Origin: Candidatus Izemoplasmataceae bacterium
Lineage (GTDB): Bacteria > Bacillota_I > Bacilli_A > Izemoplasmatales > Izemoplasmataceae
Length of the DNA: 41,499 bases
NCBI GenBank assembly: GCA_046538775.1
Contig: JBKHIE010000001.1
Location: 1-41,499, forward strand
Direction: 5' to 3'
The notes under the pieces are model-generated. The model did no database searches. It was not told the origin of the DNA and worked only from the letters and a program-made list of their open reading frames with translations. The position numbers and the translations under genes are program-made. Shown one piece after another: positions 1 through 8,636 of this stretch. Position 1 is the stretch's first letter. Every line of letters starts with the position of its first letter.

Positions 1-13
1 TGTCCATCAACTC

Positions 14-925
14 CTAATAGTGCACTCGTTTTTTACTGACCTGGAAGTTGACCAGTGTAAAAACGAGTGTCACCGCAAATAAGACTAGGGCTGTCGCAGC
101 CGCTTCGCTCAGTGCCCCTGGATTGGCCGCATTGTCGATGCCCTCATAGACAAGTGCGACGATGGTGATCAGGCTTTTATCGTTCCCCGGGGGACCGAGC
201 CTCTGACCAAACATCCCGATGACCTGCGTATAGGCTTTGAATGCGCCGATAAACGAAGTGACGGTAATGTACATGATCATGGGTGAAAGCAACGGAACTG
301 TAATTCTTCTGAAAATGCGTTGACGTGAGGCGGAGTCGACGCGTGCGGCGTCGTAGTATTGCTTATCAATCCCTTGAAGACCGCTCAGGAAGACGAGGAT
401 CTTAAAGGCCAGGTCCAACCACACGATGTAGATGATCAGTGAAATCATGGCGTTGCCCCAGGTCGCACCGGTATTCACCCAGTTGATCGGGTCGACACCG
501 AACCAACCTAGGAACAGGTTGATCAAGCCATAATCGCGGTTGAACAGGAACGCGAACGCCATACCGACTGCGATGGCGTTGGTGACATAAGGTAAAAAGA
601 ATACGGTCTGGAAAAAACCTTGGAGTCTCTTGATGCCGTTAAGCCAGGCAGATATCAATAGCGAGATGATGACAGACAATGGTACGGCACCGAAAGTGAT
701 GATCCCGGTGTTCAGGAAGGCCTGCCCGAAGTTGTTATCGGCCATGGCGTTTCTGAAGTTCCCGATGAAGGTGAACCCGTCATGCGTCCCGAGCAAGTAG
801 TTGTAATCTTTCACAAAGGAAAGGAAAAAGGCGTTGACGATCGGATAGAAGATGAAGATGGTGAGGAGCACCAGGGCCGGTGCGAGATAGAACCAGGCTT
901 TTACATTATGTTGGTCCTCTAACAT
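14..925 (-). CDS. ABC transporter permease, carbohydrate (MalF/UgpA-like) type
   Basis: 303-aa multi-TM ORF with the EAA-type loop DAARVDSASRQRIFRRITVPLLSP, typical of sugar ABC permeases. Its start abuts the stop of the upstream ATPase gene (925/926). An AGGAG plus ATG at 7..5 (minus) suggests a second permease gene starts at the window edge. Confidence 0.85.
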   Translation of the reverse strand: MLEDQHNVKAWFYLAPALVLLTIFIFYPIVNAFFLSFVKDYNYLLGTHDGFTFIGNFRNAMADNNFGQAFLNTGIITFGAVPLSVIISLLISAWLNGIKRLQGFFQTVFFLPYVTNAIAVGMAFAFLFNRDYGLINLFLGWFGVDPINWVNTGATWGNAMISLIIYIVWLDLAFKILVFLSGLQGIDKQYYDAARVDSASRQRIFRRITVPLLSPMIMYITVTSFIGAFKAYTQVIGMFGQRLGPPGNDKSLITIVALVYEGIDNAANPGALSEAAATALVLFAVTLVFTLVNFQVSKKRVHY

Positions 926-1987
926 TTAGACGACCTCGCCCGTTTCTTTGTTGAAGACATGGAATTTCCTCGGTCTGACGCTAAGCTTGATGTCCGTGCC
1001 CGGTTCCACACGTTCCTCTGAATCGACGATGGCCCTGAATGTCTCGCCTGATCCATCCGGCTTTTTGATGATGAAGGTCGTATCGCGTCCGATGGTCTCT
1101 ACCAGATCGACTTTCACTTTTAAACTTGAGCGTTCCACGAGTCTGAAGCCTTCCGGTCGGATTCCGATTTTGACTTCCTGGTCCTCGGCATCGTATTTGG
1201 CGATGTTGGCATCGCCGATGAAAAGCCGTCCATTCTCGATGCGACCATCAAAAATATTGATGGGGGGAGTCCCTAGGAACTTTGCGACAAAGAGGTTCTT
1301 GGGTTTGTCGTAAACCTCCTGCGGTTCTCCGACTTGCATGGTGACACCTTCTCTGAGCACCACGATTTCATCGCTGATGCTCATGGCCTCTTCTTGGTCA
1401 TGCGTGACGAAGATGGTGGTGATGCCGGTTTCACGTTGAATACGCTTGATTTCCTCGCGGGTTTGCAGGCGGAGGCGCGCATCGAGGTTCGAAAGCGGCT
1501 CGTCGAGAAGCAGGACGCGGGGTTCCTTGACAAGCGCACGTGCGATTGCGACACGTTGCTGTTGTCCCCCTGAAAGCTGTTTGGGCTTTCGCGCCATAAG
1601 GTGTCCAATACCTACAAGATCGGCGATGTCCTGCGCTTTTTTGAGCGCTTCTTCTTTATCCATCTTCACGTTTTCAAGGGGAAAGAGGATGTTTTGCTTC
1701 ACCGTCATATGAGGGTAGAGGGCGTAGTTTTGGAATACAAGGCCGATGCCGCGTTCTTCGGGTGGGACCGGTGTTACTTCCTCGTTCCCAAAAAATATTT
1801 TCCCATAGGTCGGACGCAACAGTCCAGAAAGCATGAAGAGTGTGGTTGATTTGCCGCAGCCCGATGGTCCGAGCAAGCCTGTAAGCTGCCCAGAAGGGAT
1901 GGTGATATCGAGATTGTCCACGGCTACTGTTTCATCTTCCTTTTTGGATTGGAAGATTTTAGTGACATTTTGAAAAGTAATTTCCAT
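926..1987 (-). CDS. ABC transporter ATP-binding protein (MalK/UgpC/MsmX-like)
   Basis: Walker A GPSGCGKS, ABC signature LSGGQQQR, Walker B LLLDEP, and a long C-terminal regulatory domain as in MalK/MsmX. Start moved from 2023 to the in-frame ATG at 1987 (MEITFQNV...), which is preceded by AGGAGA. Confidence 0.9.
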   Translation of the reverse strand: MEITFQNVTKIFQSKKEDETVAVDNLDITIPSGQLTGLLGPSGCGKSTTLFMLSGLLRPTYGKIFFGNEEVTPVPPEERGIGLVFQNYALYPHMTVKQNILFPLENVKMDKEEALKKAQDIADLVGIGHLMARKPKQLSGGQQQRVAIARALVKEPRVLLLDEPLSNLDARLRLQTREEIKRIQRETGITTIFVTHDQEEAMSISDEIVVLREGVTMQVGEPQEVYDKPKNLFVAKFLGTPPINIFDGRIENGRLFIGDANIAKYDAEDQEVKIGIRPEGFRLVERSSLKVKVDLVETIGRDTTFIIKKPDGSGETFRAIVDSEERVEPGTDIKLSVRPRKFHVFNKETGEVV

Positions 1988-2126
1988 AGTATATTCTCTC
2001 CTAAACCTAAGCATTTTTGACAATCAACATAGTATACAACATTATAAAATCGTTTTCCACCATTAATTGCCTTTAAATCATCTTACATGAATTTTAGTGG
2101 TGACAATGAAAATATTCGCGTGTTCC

Positions 2127-2414
2127 CTATCCGAACACGCCTTGATTGTAAAGAAGCCAGACGCCGAACAGGATTGCGGCGATGATGATCAGCTTGGACA
2201 GGAACTTGACCAGGCCGATCAGACCGGAGATCATGATGATGACAAAGACGATCCCCCAGACCAGTTGTTCAGGATACGAGAAATCACTGACATAATTGTA
2301 CGCGTAATCAATCCCTCTTTGCATCGGGATGATTCCTTCTAAGAAGTCCAAGATCATGCCGACCACCGGAATGTCGGATAAAAAAGAATCGGCTAATACA
2401 ATTGGATTGAACAT
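2127..2414 (-). CDS. hypothetical small membrane protein (95 aa, two C-terminal TM helices)
   Basis: ATG at 2414 is preceded by GAGGTGA at 6-nt spacing. It lies 43 nt downstream of recR on the same strand. I recognise no family. Confidence 0.55.
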   Translation of the reverse strand: MFNPIVLADSFLSDIPVVGMILDFLEGIIPMQRGIDYAYNYVSDFSYPEQLVWGIVFVIIMISGLIGLVKFLSKLIIIAAILFGVWLLYNQGVFG

Positions 2415-2457
2415 ATGACTTCACCTCATTTGTTTGATTGTATGAGAACGCGGGGCC

Positions 2458-3057
2458 CTAGAATTTCTTCCGTCCTTCCAAAGCCTTGTTCAGGGTGATC
2501 TCATCAGCATAGCTGATATTCCCTCCCGCGGGCATTCCATAAGCGATCCTTGTAATCAATAGATCGGTATCTTTTAGCAGTCTTTGAAGGTAAAGCGCGG
2601 TAGTCTCGCCTTCGTCACTCAGATTGGTTGCAAGGATGAGTTCCTGGTGTTCGTTCTTTTTGAGCCGTTCAAGCAAGGGGCGGATGGATAAGTCTTCGGG
2701 TCCTACTCCGTTGCTCGGAGACAGCACCCCGCCAAGCACATGGTACAAGCCGTCGTAGGTCTTCGTCTTCTCGATGACGACAACATCCTTGCTCTCTTCG
2801 ACCACAAGGATCTTGGAACGGTCGCGGGAAGCATCCTTGCAGATGGGGCAGACTTTTTGGTCGGTCAGGTGCCCGCACCGTTCACACGGCGTGATTTCTT
2901 TTTGAACCCGCCGAATGGTCTCAAGCAAATGGTCATAGTCCTCTTCAGTGAAGTTGTTGATGGTATAAAGCGCATACCGTTCGGCCGTTTTCCTTCCCAC
3001 GCCCGGATAACGCCTGAAAGCTTCGATCAGCGATTCAAGGGCGTCAGGGTATTCCAT
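2458..3057 (-). CDS. recR: recombination protein RecR
   Basis: MEYPDALESLIEAFRRYPGVGRKTAERYALY N-terminus (helix-hairpin-helix), Cys4 zinc motif CERCGH...CPIC, and a Toprim region. ATG at 3057 is preferred over the TTG at 3066 because it matches the usual RecR N-terminus. Confidence 0.93.
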   Translation of the reverse strand: MEYPDALESLIEAFRRYPGVGRKTAERYALYTINNFTEEDYDHLLETIRRVQKEITPCERCGHLTDQKVCPICKDASRDRSKILVVEESKDVVVIEKTKTYDGLYHVLGGVLSPSNGVGPEDLSIRPLLERLKKNEHQELILATNLSDEGETTALYLQRLLKDTDLLITRIAYGMPAGGNISYADEITLNKALEGRKKF

Positions 3058-3062
3058 CAGGA

Positions 3063-3374
3063 TCAAAAGCCTCCCGGGAGTCCCCCGAGGCCCTGGGTGA
3101 ACTGCCCCATGGTCTCCTGGGTTTCCTCGTCGATTTTACGCAAGCAGTCGTTGATCGCGGCCGTGATGGTGTCTTCGAGCATCTCTAAATCCTCAGGAAG
3201 TTCGAACGCCTCTTTGTCGATGGTCATGTCCTGCATGACCTTAGCCCCGTTGAACTCCACTTTCACAGCCCCGCCACCGGCCTGGCCGTAAAAGATGGAA
3301 GCTTCCAATTCTTTCTGCGCTTTTTGCATTTCCTTTTGCATCTGTTGCAATTTCTTAACCATGCCTGGATTCAT
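3063..3374 (-). CDS. ybaB: nucleoid-associated protein YbaB/EbfC
   Basis: 103 aa with MQKEMQKAQKELE...VKVEFNGA...I, typical of the YbaB family. It sits in the canonical dnaX-ybaB-recR position. Confidence 0.9.
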   Translation of the reverse strand: MNPGMVKKLQQMQKEMQKAQKELEASIFYGQAGGGAVKVEFNGAKVMQDMTIDKEAFELPEDLEMLEDTITAAINDCLRKIDEETQETMGQFTQGLGGLPGGF

Positions 3375-3378
3375 GGTC

Positions 3379-5361
3379 TCACTCTCCTTTTTTTTCTTTC
3401 ACTATATCGCCAAAGTACTTCTTGGCCTCTTTGATGCCACTGCTCGTGACATCATCATAATTCTTCTCTTCTTGAGGGATTTCAACCAATCTGGGATGGT
3501 CGATCGGTTCGAGGGTGATGAACGACGCATCCTCCTGACGCCTGAACTTCTTGATGAACTCTTTGGATATCCGTTCCCAGACGTCCTTGGGCAAGGCCAT
3601 GAACATCATTCTACGTCCGAAGAACGATTCGAGGATGGCAATCAGTTTCTGCTTTATCGAAGGCTGCATCAACCGGTTGCATACAACGGGGGAATCGTAG
3701 GTCACGATGTTCATGACGCCGTTGGTCGCAACCAGGGTTCCATCGGTGATCATTTTCGCATAGTCAAGGTCGTCCGCATCCACGAAGCGTTCGATGTCGT
3801 ACCACTTCTTGACCATGTCGATCTTGATCTCCCGGTCGCCGGTATTGAGGACATCCTCCACATAATGGATATCGAAGGTCCGGTAATGTTTCTTGGAGTA
3901 CTTTTCATAGAGGAACCCGAATTTATCTTTGGGTCCGGACGCTTCTTCCTTTTTCTTGCCTGTCTCCTCCGGTTCGGCTTCAGGCTTCGAGGGTGCCTCC
4001 CCCTGCCCGTTATCTTCTTTTGTTTCACGTTCCAAGAAGGATGGGACCCGTACCGAATCGTCACGCTTTGAAGCCGGTTCGATGTTTGGTCGATGGGTCT
4101 GGTTCTCAAGCGCGTCGAACACTTTGTCCGCAGGGGAGGATGACTCCGCCTCGGAACTTGAGGGTTCCGGTTTCATAGGGGCCTCGTTCATGGCCGATTC
4201 AAGCGATTCGACTTTCTTTTCAAGCTTCTCGATGGCCGCCTGCGTTTCATTCATGGCCTGCCGGTCCCGGGTGTGTTCTTTCAAGACATCGTCCACCATC
4301 TTGATGAATGCGAGTTCCAGATACATCTTTCCATCGGTCGCAAACCGCATGGCTTGCTTGGTCTCGTTCAAAATGTCCATGTAATGGAAAAGTTCCGGAT
4401 TGGTGCTGGATTCGCTCAGGTCCTTGAATGCCGAAAGGCCGAAGAGGCTCTTCCCTTCATGGTCGTCCGTGTTTTTCACATAGAGGACATCGCGATAGAA
4501 TGTGATGAGGTCGTTGATGATGTTCTGGCTTTCCTTCCCGTCTTCAATCAGACGGTTCAAGGCATGCAAGGCCTTGACGGCGTCCTCGTCACGGATCGCC
4601 TTGGCGATCTCCAGGATGGTCTCTTCGGCGACGGTCCCCCGGATCGCATGGATGGCATCCTTGGTGATGGGCCCTTCGCTGAACGCCATGACCTGGTCAA
4701 GGAGACTGATGGCATCCCGCATCCCACCGGCCGAAGATTCTACGATAAGGCGTTTCGCATCCTCGTCAATCTCGATGGACTCTTTGTCTATAATCAGTTC
4801 TAGGCGCTTCAGCATTTCAGAGGACTGGATGCCTCTGAAATCGAACCGTTGACAGCGGGAATGGATGGTCGCAGGCACTTTGTGGGGTTCGGTGGTCGCA
4901 AGGATGAATATCGCGTGTTTCGGAGGTTCTTCAAGGGTCTTCAGCAGGGCGTTGAAGGCCCCGGTTGAAAGCATGTGGACCTCATCGATGATGTAGACCT
5001 TGTAGTTCGCCACACCGGGCAGGTATTTGACCTTGTCACGGATTTCCCGGATCTCATCGACGCCGTTGTTGCTGGCCGCGTCGATCTCGATGACATCGTT
5101 GATGGTGTTGTTCTCGATACCTTGGCAGACATCGCACGTGTTGCACGGGTTTTTGACCGGTGCGTTTTCACAGTTCACCGCTTTCGCGATGATCTTCGCG
5201 ACGCTTGTTTTCCCGGTCCCTCTAGGGCCGCTGAAAAGATAGGCGTGCGCAAGCTTGTTCTTAGAAAGGGCGTTCTTGAACGTCCTGGTTATGTGTTCTT
5301 GTCCGGCAATCTCATCGAAATCGCGGGGTCTATAAGTTCTATAAAGTGCTTTATACGCCAT
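3379..5361 (-). CDS. dnaX: DNA polymerase III subunit gamma/tau
   Basis: AAA+ clamp-loader N-terminus with P-loop GPRGTGKTS, a Cys zinc module (CENAPVKNPCNTCDVCQ) and an SRC motif (HSRCQRF). A low-complexity acidic/Lys linker is followed by a tau-type C-terminal domain. GAGGGG RBS upstream of the ATG at 5361. Confidence 0.95.
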   Translation of the reverse strand: MAYKALYRTYRPRDFDEIAGQEHITRTFKNALSKNKLAHAYLFSGPRGTGKTSVAKIIAKAVNCENAPVKNPCNTCDVCQGIENNTINDVIEIDAASNNGVDEIREIRDKVKYLPGVANYKVYIIDEVHMLSTGAFNALLKTLEEPPKHAIFILATTEPHKVPATIHSRCQRFDFRGIQSSEMLKRLELIIDKESIEIDEDAKRLIVESSAGGMRDAISLLDQVMAFSEGPITKDAIHAIRGTVAEETILEIAKAIRDEDAVKALHALNRLIEDGKESQNIINDLITFYRDVLYVKNTDDHEGKSLFGLSAFKDLSESSTNPELFHYMDILNETKQAMRFATDGKMYLELAFIKMVDDVLKEHTRDRQAMNETQAAIEKLEKKVESLESAMNEAPMKPEPSSSEAESSSPADKVFDALENQTHRPNIEPASKRDDSVRVPSFLERETKEDNGQGEAPSKPEAEPEETGKKKEEASGPKDKFGFLYEKYSKKHYRTFDIHYVEDVLNTGDREIKIDMVKKWYDIERFVDADDLDYAKMITDGTLVATNGVMNIVTYDSPVVCNRLMQPSIKQKLIAILESFFGRRMMFMALPKDVWERISKEFIKKFRRQEDASFITLEPIDHPRLVEIPQEEKNYDDVTSSGIKEAKKYFGDIVKEKKGE

Positions 5362-5374
5362 AAATACCCCTCAC

Positions 5375-5875
5375 TCACTTACTCGATGATATGAATTTTT
5401 GATGCAATCGTCTTGTTTCCTCGATCACAACCTTTGATGCGTTGGCGGCCAATGAGTCCTCTTCAAACTCATAACCACTCAATGACGCTTCCAGATCTTC
5501 ATCGTCATCCATGGATTTGAACTGCTCGTAGGCTTGTTTTAAAAACGCCTGGAACTGTTCGTCTTCTCTTAATTTTAGAAAATCCTCTTTATCATAACGA
5601 AGACGGTCCCTTACCGCTTTTGAAACCCGGAGGATAAACTCGTCCTCTTCGCTGATGCTCCCTTTACGTGTATCCATCTTGCGGGTCAGGAAGTTATGCA
5701 GCCCTATAAAAAAAGTCACGAAAAATGGCAGGAACCAGAACACGGCAATGGTTTCCCAGAAGCTTCCTTCACTCCAAAGAAGCGATACCAAACCATACAA
5801 CACTACCGCTACGAGCGTGGCAATGAAAAGTCTAAAATAATATCCGAAGCCTCTTTTCGGATGAAATACATTCAT
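5375..5875 (-). CDS. hypothetical membrane protein (2 TM plus acidic cytoplasmic tail)
   Basis: The ORF runs 5375-5902. I prefer the ATG at 5875, preceded by AGGTGA at 5-nt spacing. The ATG at 5893 and TTG at 5902 are alternatives. The stop lies 13 nt before the dnaX start. I recognise no family. Confidence 0.6.
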   Translation of the reverse strand: MNVFHPKRGFGYYFRLFIATLVAVVLYGLVSLLWSEGSFWETIAVFWFLPFFVTFFIGLHNFLTRKMDTRKGSISEEDEFILRVSKAVRDRLRYDKEDFLKLREDEQFQAFLKQAYEQFKSMDDDEDLEASLSGYEFEEDSLAANASKVVIEETRRLHQKFISSSK

Positions 5876-5943
5876 AATTATCACCTGTTTCATATTATAC
5901 AATAAATTCCCCGATTATGATATAATTAATTTAGGTGATAACC

Positions 5944-7293
5944 ATGACTTATGACACTATAGCCGCCATATCCACAGCGCTTGGACCAAGTGCGATAAAC
6001 ATCGTTCGAATGAGTGGTGACGATGTTTTTTCTATTATGGATCATGTCTTCAAAGGGCCGGATCTAAGAAAAGCCAAAAGCCATACCATCCACTATGGAA
6101 AAATTGTCGACGGGGGCAAGCCGGTGGACGAAGTCCTGATCAATGTCTTCAGAGCCCCGAAAACCTTCACCGCCGAAGACATGATTGAAATCAACTGCCA
6201 TGGCGGCAGTTACGTCGCGAACAGAATACTGGAGCTTCTTCTCGCCCACGGGGCGAGACTGGCTGAAAGGGGCGAGTTCACAGAACGCGCCTACTTGAAC
6301 GGACGGATCGACCTCACCCAGGCAGAAAGCGTCCTGGACATCATCGAAGCGAGGAGCGACTACTCCTTGACCCTTGCGAACAAGGGCCTTGATGGGGATA
6401 TCCATAATCTCGTCTCCTCGCTTCGGGACGAACTCTTGAACATCGTCGCCCAGATTGAAGTGAACATCGACTACCCCGAATACGATGACGTCGAAACCTT
6501 GACAAGTGAAATCCTGACCCCGAAGATCACCGCCTTAAGAAAAAAGATTGAAAACATATTGGGCACCGCCCGTGTCGGGAAGATCATCCGCGAGGGCATC
6601 CGGACCGTCATCATAGGAAGACCGAACGTCGGGAAATCAAGCGTACTCAATGCCCTCCTCAAGGAAGACAAGGCCATCGTCACCGAGATCCAGGGGACGA
6701 CACGGGATGTCGTCGAAGGCGAAATCAATATCGGCGGACTCGTACTGCGGCTGATGGACACGGCCGGAATCCGGGATTCCGACGATCTGATCGAACGGAT
6801 CGGCATCGACAAGACCAAGAAGATGATCGCGGACGCCGACCTCGTGCTTTATGTCCTGAATAACAACGAACCCTTGAAGGAGGAAGATGCGCAGCTTCTC
6901 GAAATGACCGAAAAGAAGAAGCGGATCATCATCATCAACAAGATCGACCTTGAAAACAAGCTCAACCACGATTTCAAGGACGGTGTCGAGATCAGCGCCC
7001 TCAAGAACATGGGCATCGAATCGCTCGAACAGAAGATCCGCGACCTCTTCTTGGAAGGGGACCTCTCGATCGAGAACGACACCTTCTTGTCCAACACCCG
7101 CCACATCGCAAAGATGCGTCAGGTGAAACAGATGCTTGATGACGCGCAGGCTTCAGCCGAAGCCCTCATGCCTGTCGACATCATTGAAATCGACCTCAAG
7201 GGGGCCTGGGAGACCCTGGGTGAGATCATCGGAGAGAGCGCCCAGAACGAACTGCTCGATGTGTTGTTCTCGCGTTTTTGTCTCGGTAAGTGA
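5944..7293 (+). CDS. mnmE: tRNA modification GTPase MnmE (TrmE)
   Basis: N-terminal DTIAAISTA...INIVRMSG, G-domain GRPNVGKSS / DTAGIR / NKIDL, and the C-terminal FCLGK motif typical of MnmE. ATG at 5944 is preceded by AGGTGA. Confidence 0.95.
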   Translation: MTYDTIAAISTALGPSAINIVRMSGDDVFSIMDHVFKGPDLRKAKSHTIHYGKIVDGGKPVDEVLINVFRAPKTFTAEDMIEINCHGGSYVANRILELLLAHGARLAERGEFTERAYLNGRIDLTQAESVLDIIEARSDYSLTLANKGLDGDIHNLVSSLRDELLNIVAQIEVNIDYPEYDDVETLTSEILTPKITALRKKIENILGTARVGKIIREGIRTVIIGRPNVGKSSVLNALLKEDKAIVTEIQGTTRDVVEGEINIGGLVLRLMDTAGIRDSDDLIERIGIDKTKKMIADADLVLYVLNNNEPLKEEDAQLLEMTEKKKRIIIINKIDLENKLNHDFKDGVEISALKNMGIESLEQKIRDLFLEGDLSIENDTFLSNTRHIAKMRQVKQMLDDAQASAEALMPVDIIEIDLKGAWETLGEIIGESAQNELLDVLFSRFCLGK

Positions 7294-8094
7294 TCAGTCA
7301 TCAAAACGGTGTTTGACACCGTCCTTTTCCCAACCGAGCACATTGTCGAGATTGACATTCGCCGCGGCTCTGAAGATCGACTTGTCGATGTCCTTATGCT
7401 CTTTCTTTAGGCGCTCGATCAGACGTTTCACGTCTTCCCGCTTGGAAGCCGTCTCGCCCGCAGCCACCTGGCACCCACAATCCATCGGGGCGATGCCGTT
7501 GCGCTGCATGATGCGGTTCACATCCTCTTCACGGATGAAGTACAAGGGGCGGATCAAGTCAATCCCTTCATAGTTCTTTGATGACACCCTGGGAAGCATC
7601 GTCTTGAACGTTCCCGAAAAGAAGACGTTGAGCAATGTCGTCTCAATGACATCGTCATAATGATGCCCGAGCGCAAGCTTGTTGCATCCATGTTTCTCCG
7701 CCAGACTGTATAGAATTCCGCGGCGCATCCGCGCACATAAATAACACGGGTAATCCGAGGCCTTCTTCGCTATGACATCAAACACGGATTTCTCCTCAAC
7801 AATGAGGTCCAGACCTAGTTTATTCGCATTCTCGACGGCTTTTTCCCTGTTCCAGCTCGAATAGCCCGGATCCATCATGATGAAGACCACCTCAAAATCC
7901 ACGAGCGGGTGTCTCAGCAACTCCTTAAGCATCCGTGCAAGCAAGAGCGAATCCTTTCCCCCGCTGACAGCGACCGCGACTTTGTCGCCGTCTTCAATGA
8001 GGTTGAATTCCTTGATCCCCTTGATGAAACGGGACCAGAGTTCCTTGCGGTATTTCTTGATCATGTCCTTTTGAAAAGTGTGTTCTGTATCCAT
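7294..8094 (-). CDS. ttcA: tRNA 2-thiocytidine biosynthesis protein TtcA (PP-loop ATPase)
   Basis: PP-loop SGGKDS and the block CYLCARMRRGILY...ALGHHYDD, characteristic of TtcA. GGAGGAG RBS before the ATG at 8094. Confidence 0.85.
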   Translation of the reverse strand: MDTEHTFQKDMIKKYRKELWSRFIKGIKEFNLIEDGDKVAVAVSGGKDSLLLARMLKELLRHPLVDFEVVFIMMDPGYSSWNREKAVENANKLGLDLIVEEKSVFDVIAKKASDYPCYLCARMRRGILYSLAEKHGCNKLALGHHYDDVIETTLLNVFFSGTFKTMLPRVSSKNYEGIDLIRPLYFIREEDVNRIMQRNGIAPMDCGCQVAAGETASKREDVKRLIERLKKEHKDIDKSIFRAAANVNLDNVLGWEKDGVKHRFDD

Positions 8095-8175
8095 GTTCTC
8101 TCCTCCGAATCATACTTACTATATCAGAAGTCCCAAAATCGTCAAAATGAATTTGAATAAGAAAAAATAATTTTC

Positions 8176-8204
8176 TTGAATTTTTTTGAATAATGGTGTA
8201 TACT
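8176..8204 (+). promoter_or_regulatory. putative sigma-A promoter of the orphan-NfeD-RDD-SPFH operon
   Basis: TTGAAT (8176-8181), 17-nt spacer, TATACT (8199-8204). The tracked ATG at 8193 falls inside the spacer, which supports the downstream GTG start. Confidence 0.45.
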
Positions 8205-8246
8205 TACGTTATCTACAGAAGATTTCAGATAACGGAGGTGAGTGTC

Positions 8247-8636
8247 GTGGGATTCCAATGGACATCAAAAAAGCCTGACAAAGGTAAAGCCACACTCTAT
8301 GAATCAAATATCACACTCAATAAAAGCGCCAGCACACATTTCGAACATGCCTACAACGTGCTTCTGGGTCTGGACAGGGATTCAAAACGCATTGCCATCA
8401 AGCCTGTGACAAAGCAGGAATACGAACGGGGCATCATACCCGAGGAGAAGCGTCACAAGATCACCGTCCGTTCGAGTTATGCCCGGGTATCGAACAAGCG
8501 GTTCATGGAAGAGGTGTCGGCGGTCGCCGGCCTCGATCTTCATGAAAACAACGCCATCAAGTTCGACACCATGTGGAGCGATGAGGACGACGCCCTCATT
8601 ATCGATCTAACCCAGAAAGGGGAGACCTTGCGATGA
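8247..8636 (+). CDS. hypothetical soluble protein (129 aa from the GTG start), first gene of the NfeD/SPFH operon
   Basis: In-frame GTG at 8247 lies 8 nt after GGAGG (8234-8238). No TM segment. Its stop overlaps the NfeD start (ATGA at 8633-8636). I recognise no family. Confidence 0.6.
   Translation: MGFQWTSKKPDKGKATLYESNITLNKSASTHFEHAYNVLLGLDRDSKRIAIKPVTKQEYERGIIPEEKRHKITVRSSYARVSNKRFMEEVSAVAGLDLHENNAIKFDTMWSDEDDALIIDLTQKGETLR

Noticed and set aside
2046-2060. cre-like (CcpA) sequence TGGAAAACGATTTTA upstream of the sugar ABC operon (minus strand)
   Set aside because: It has one extra base relative to the TGNAANCGNWNNCA core, so the conserved CG does not line up. A chance match in AT-rich promoter DNA is more likely.
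3948-3960. A-rich run (GGC AAG AAA AAG G) in dnaX as a possible programmed -1 frameshift site for a gamma subunit
   Set aside because: It is not the A AAA AAG heptamer in the required frame (the first base is G). I found no obvious downstream stem-loop, and the -1 frame does not terminate immediately. The A-run at the very 3' end of dnaX (about 3388-3396) is simply the ybaB RBS region.
3295-4071. 258-aa ORF antisense to dnaX, and a 210-aa ORF (33479-34111) antisense to yidC
   Set aside because: The reasoning is the same: each is embedded in a strongly supported conserved gene and has no RBS or recognisable motifs.
7291-7293. Possibility of the Mycoplasma-type genetic code (TGA = Trp)
   Set aside because: TGA terminates several conserved genes at their expected ends (mnmE after FCLGK, ybaB, the HAD hydrolase). 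Conserved Trp positions use TGG. Code 11 fits.
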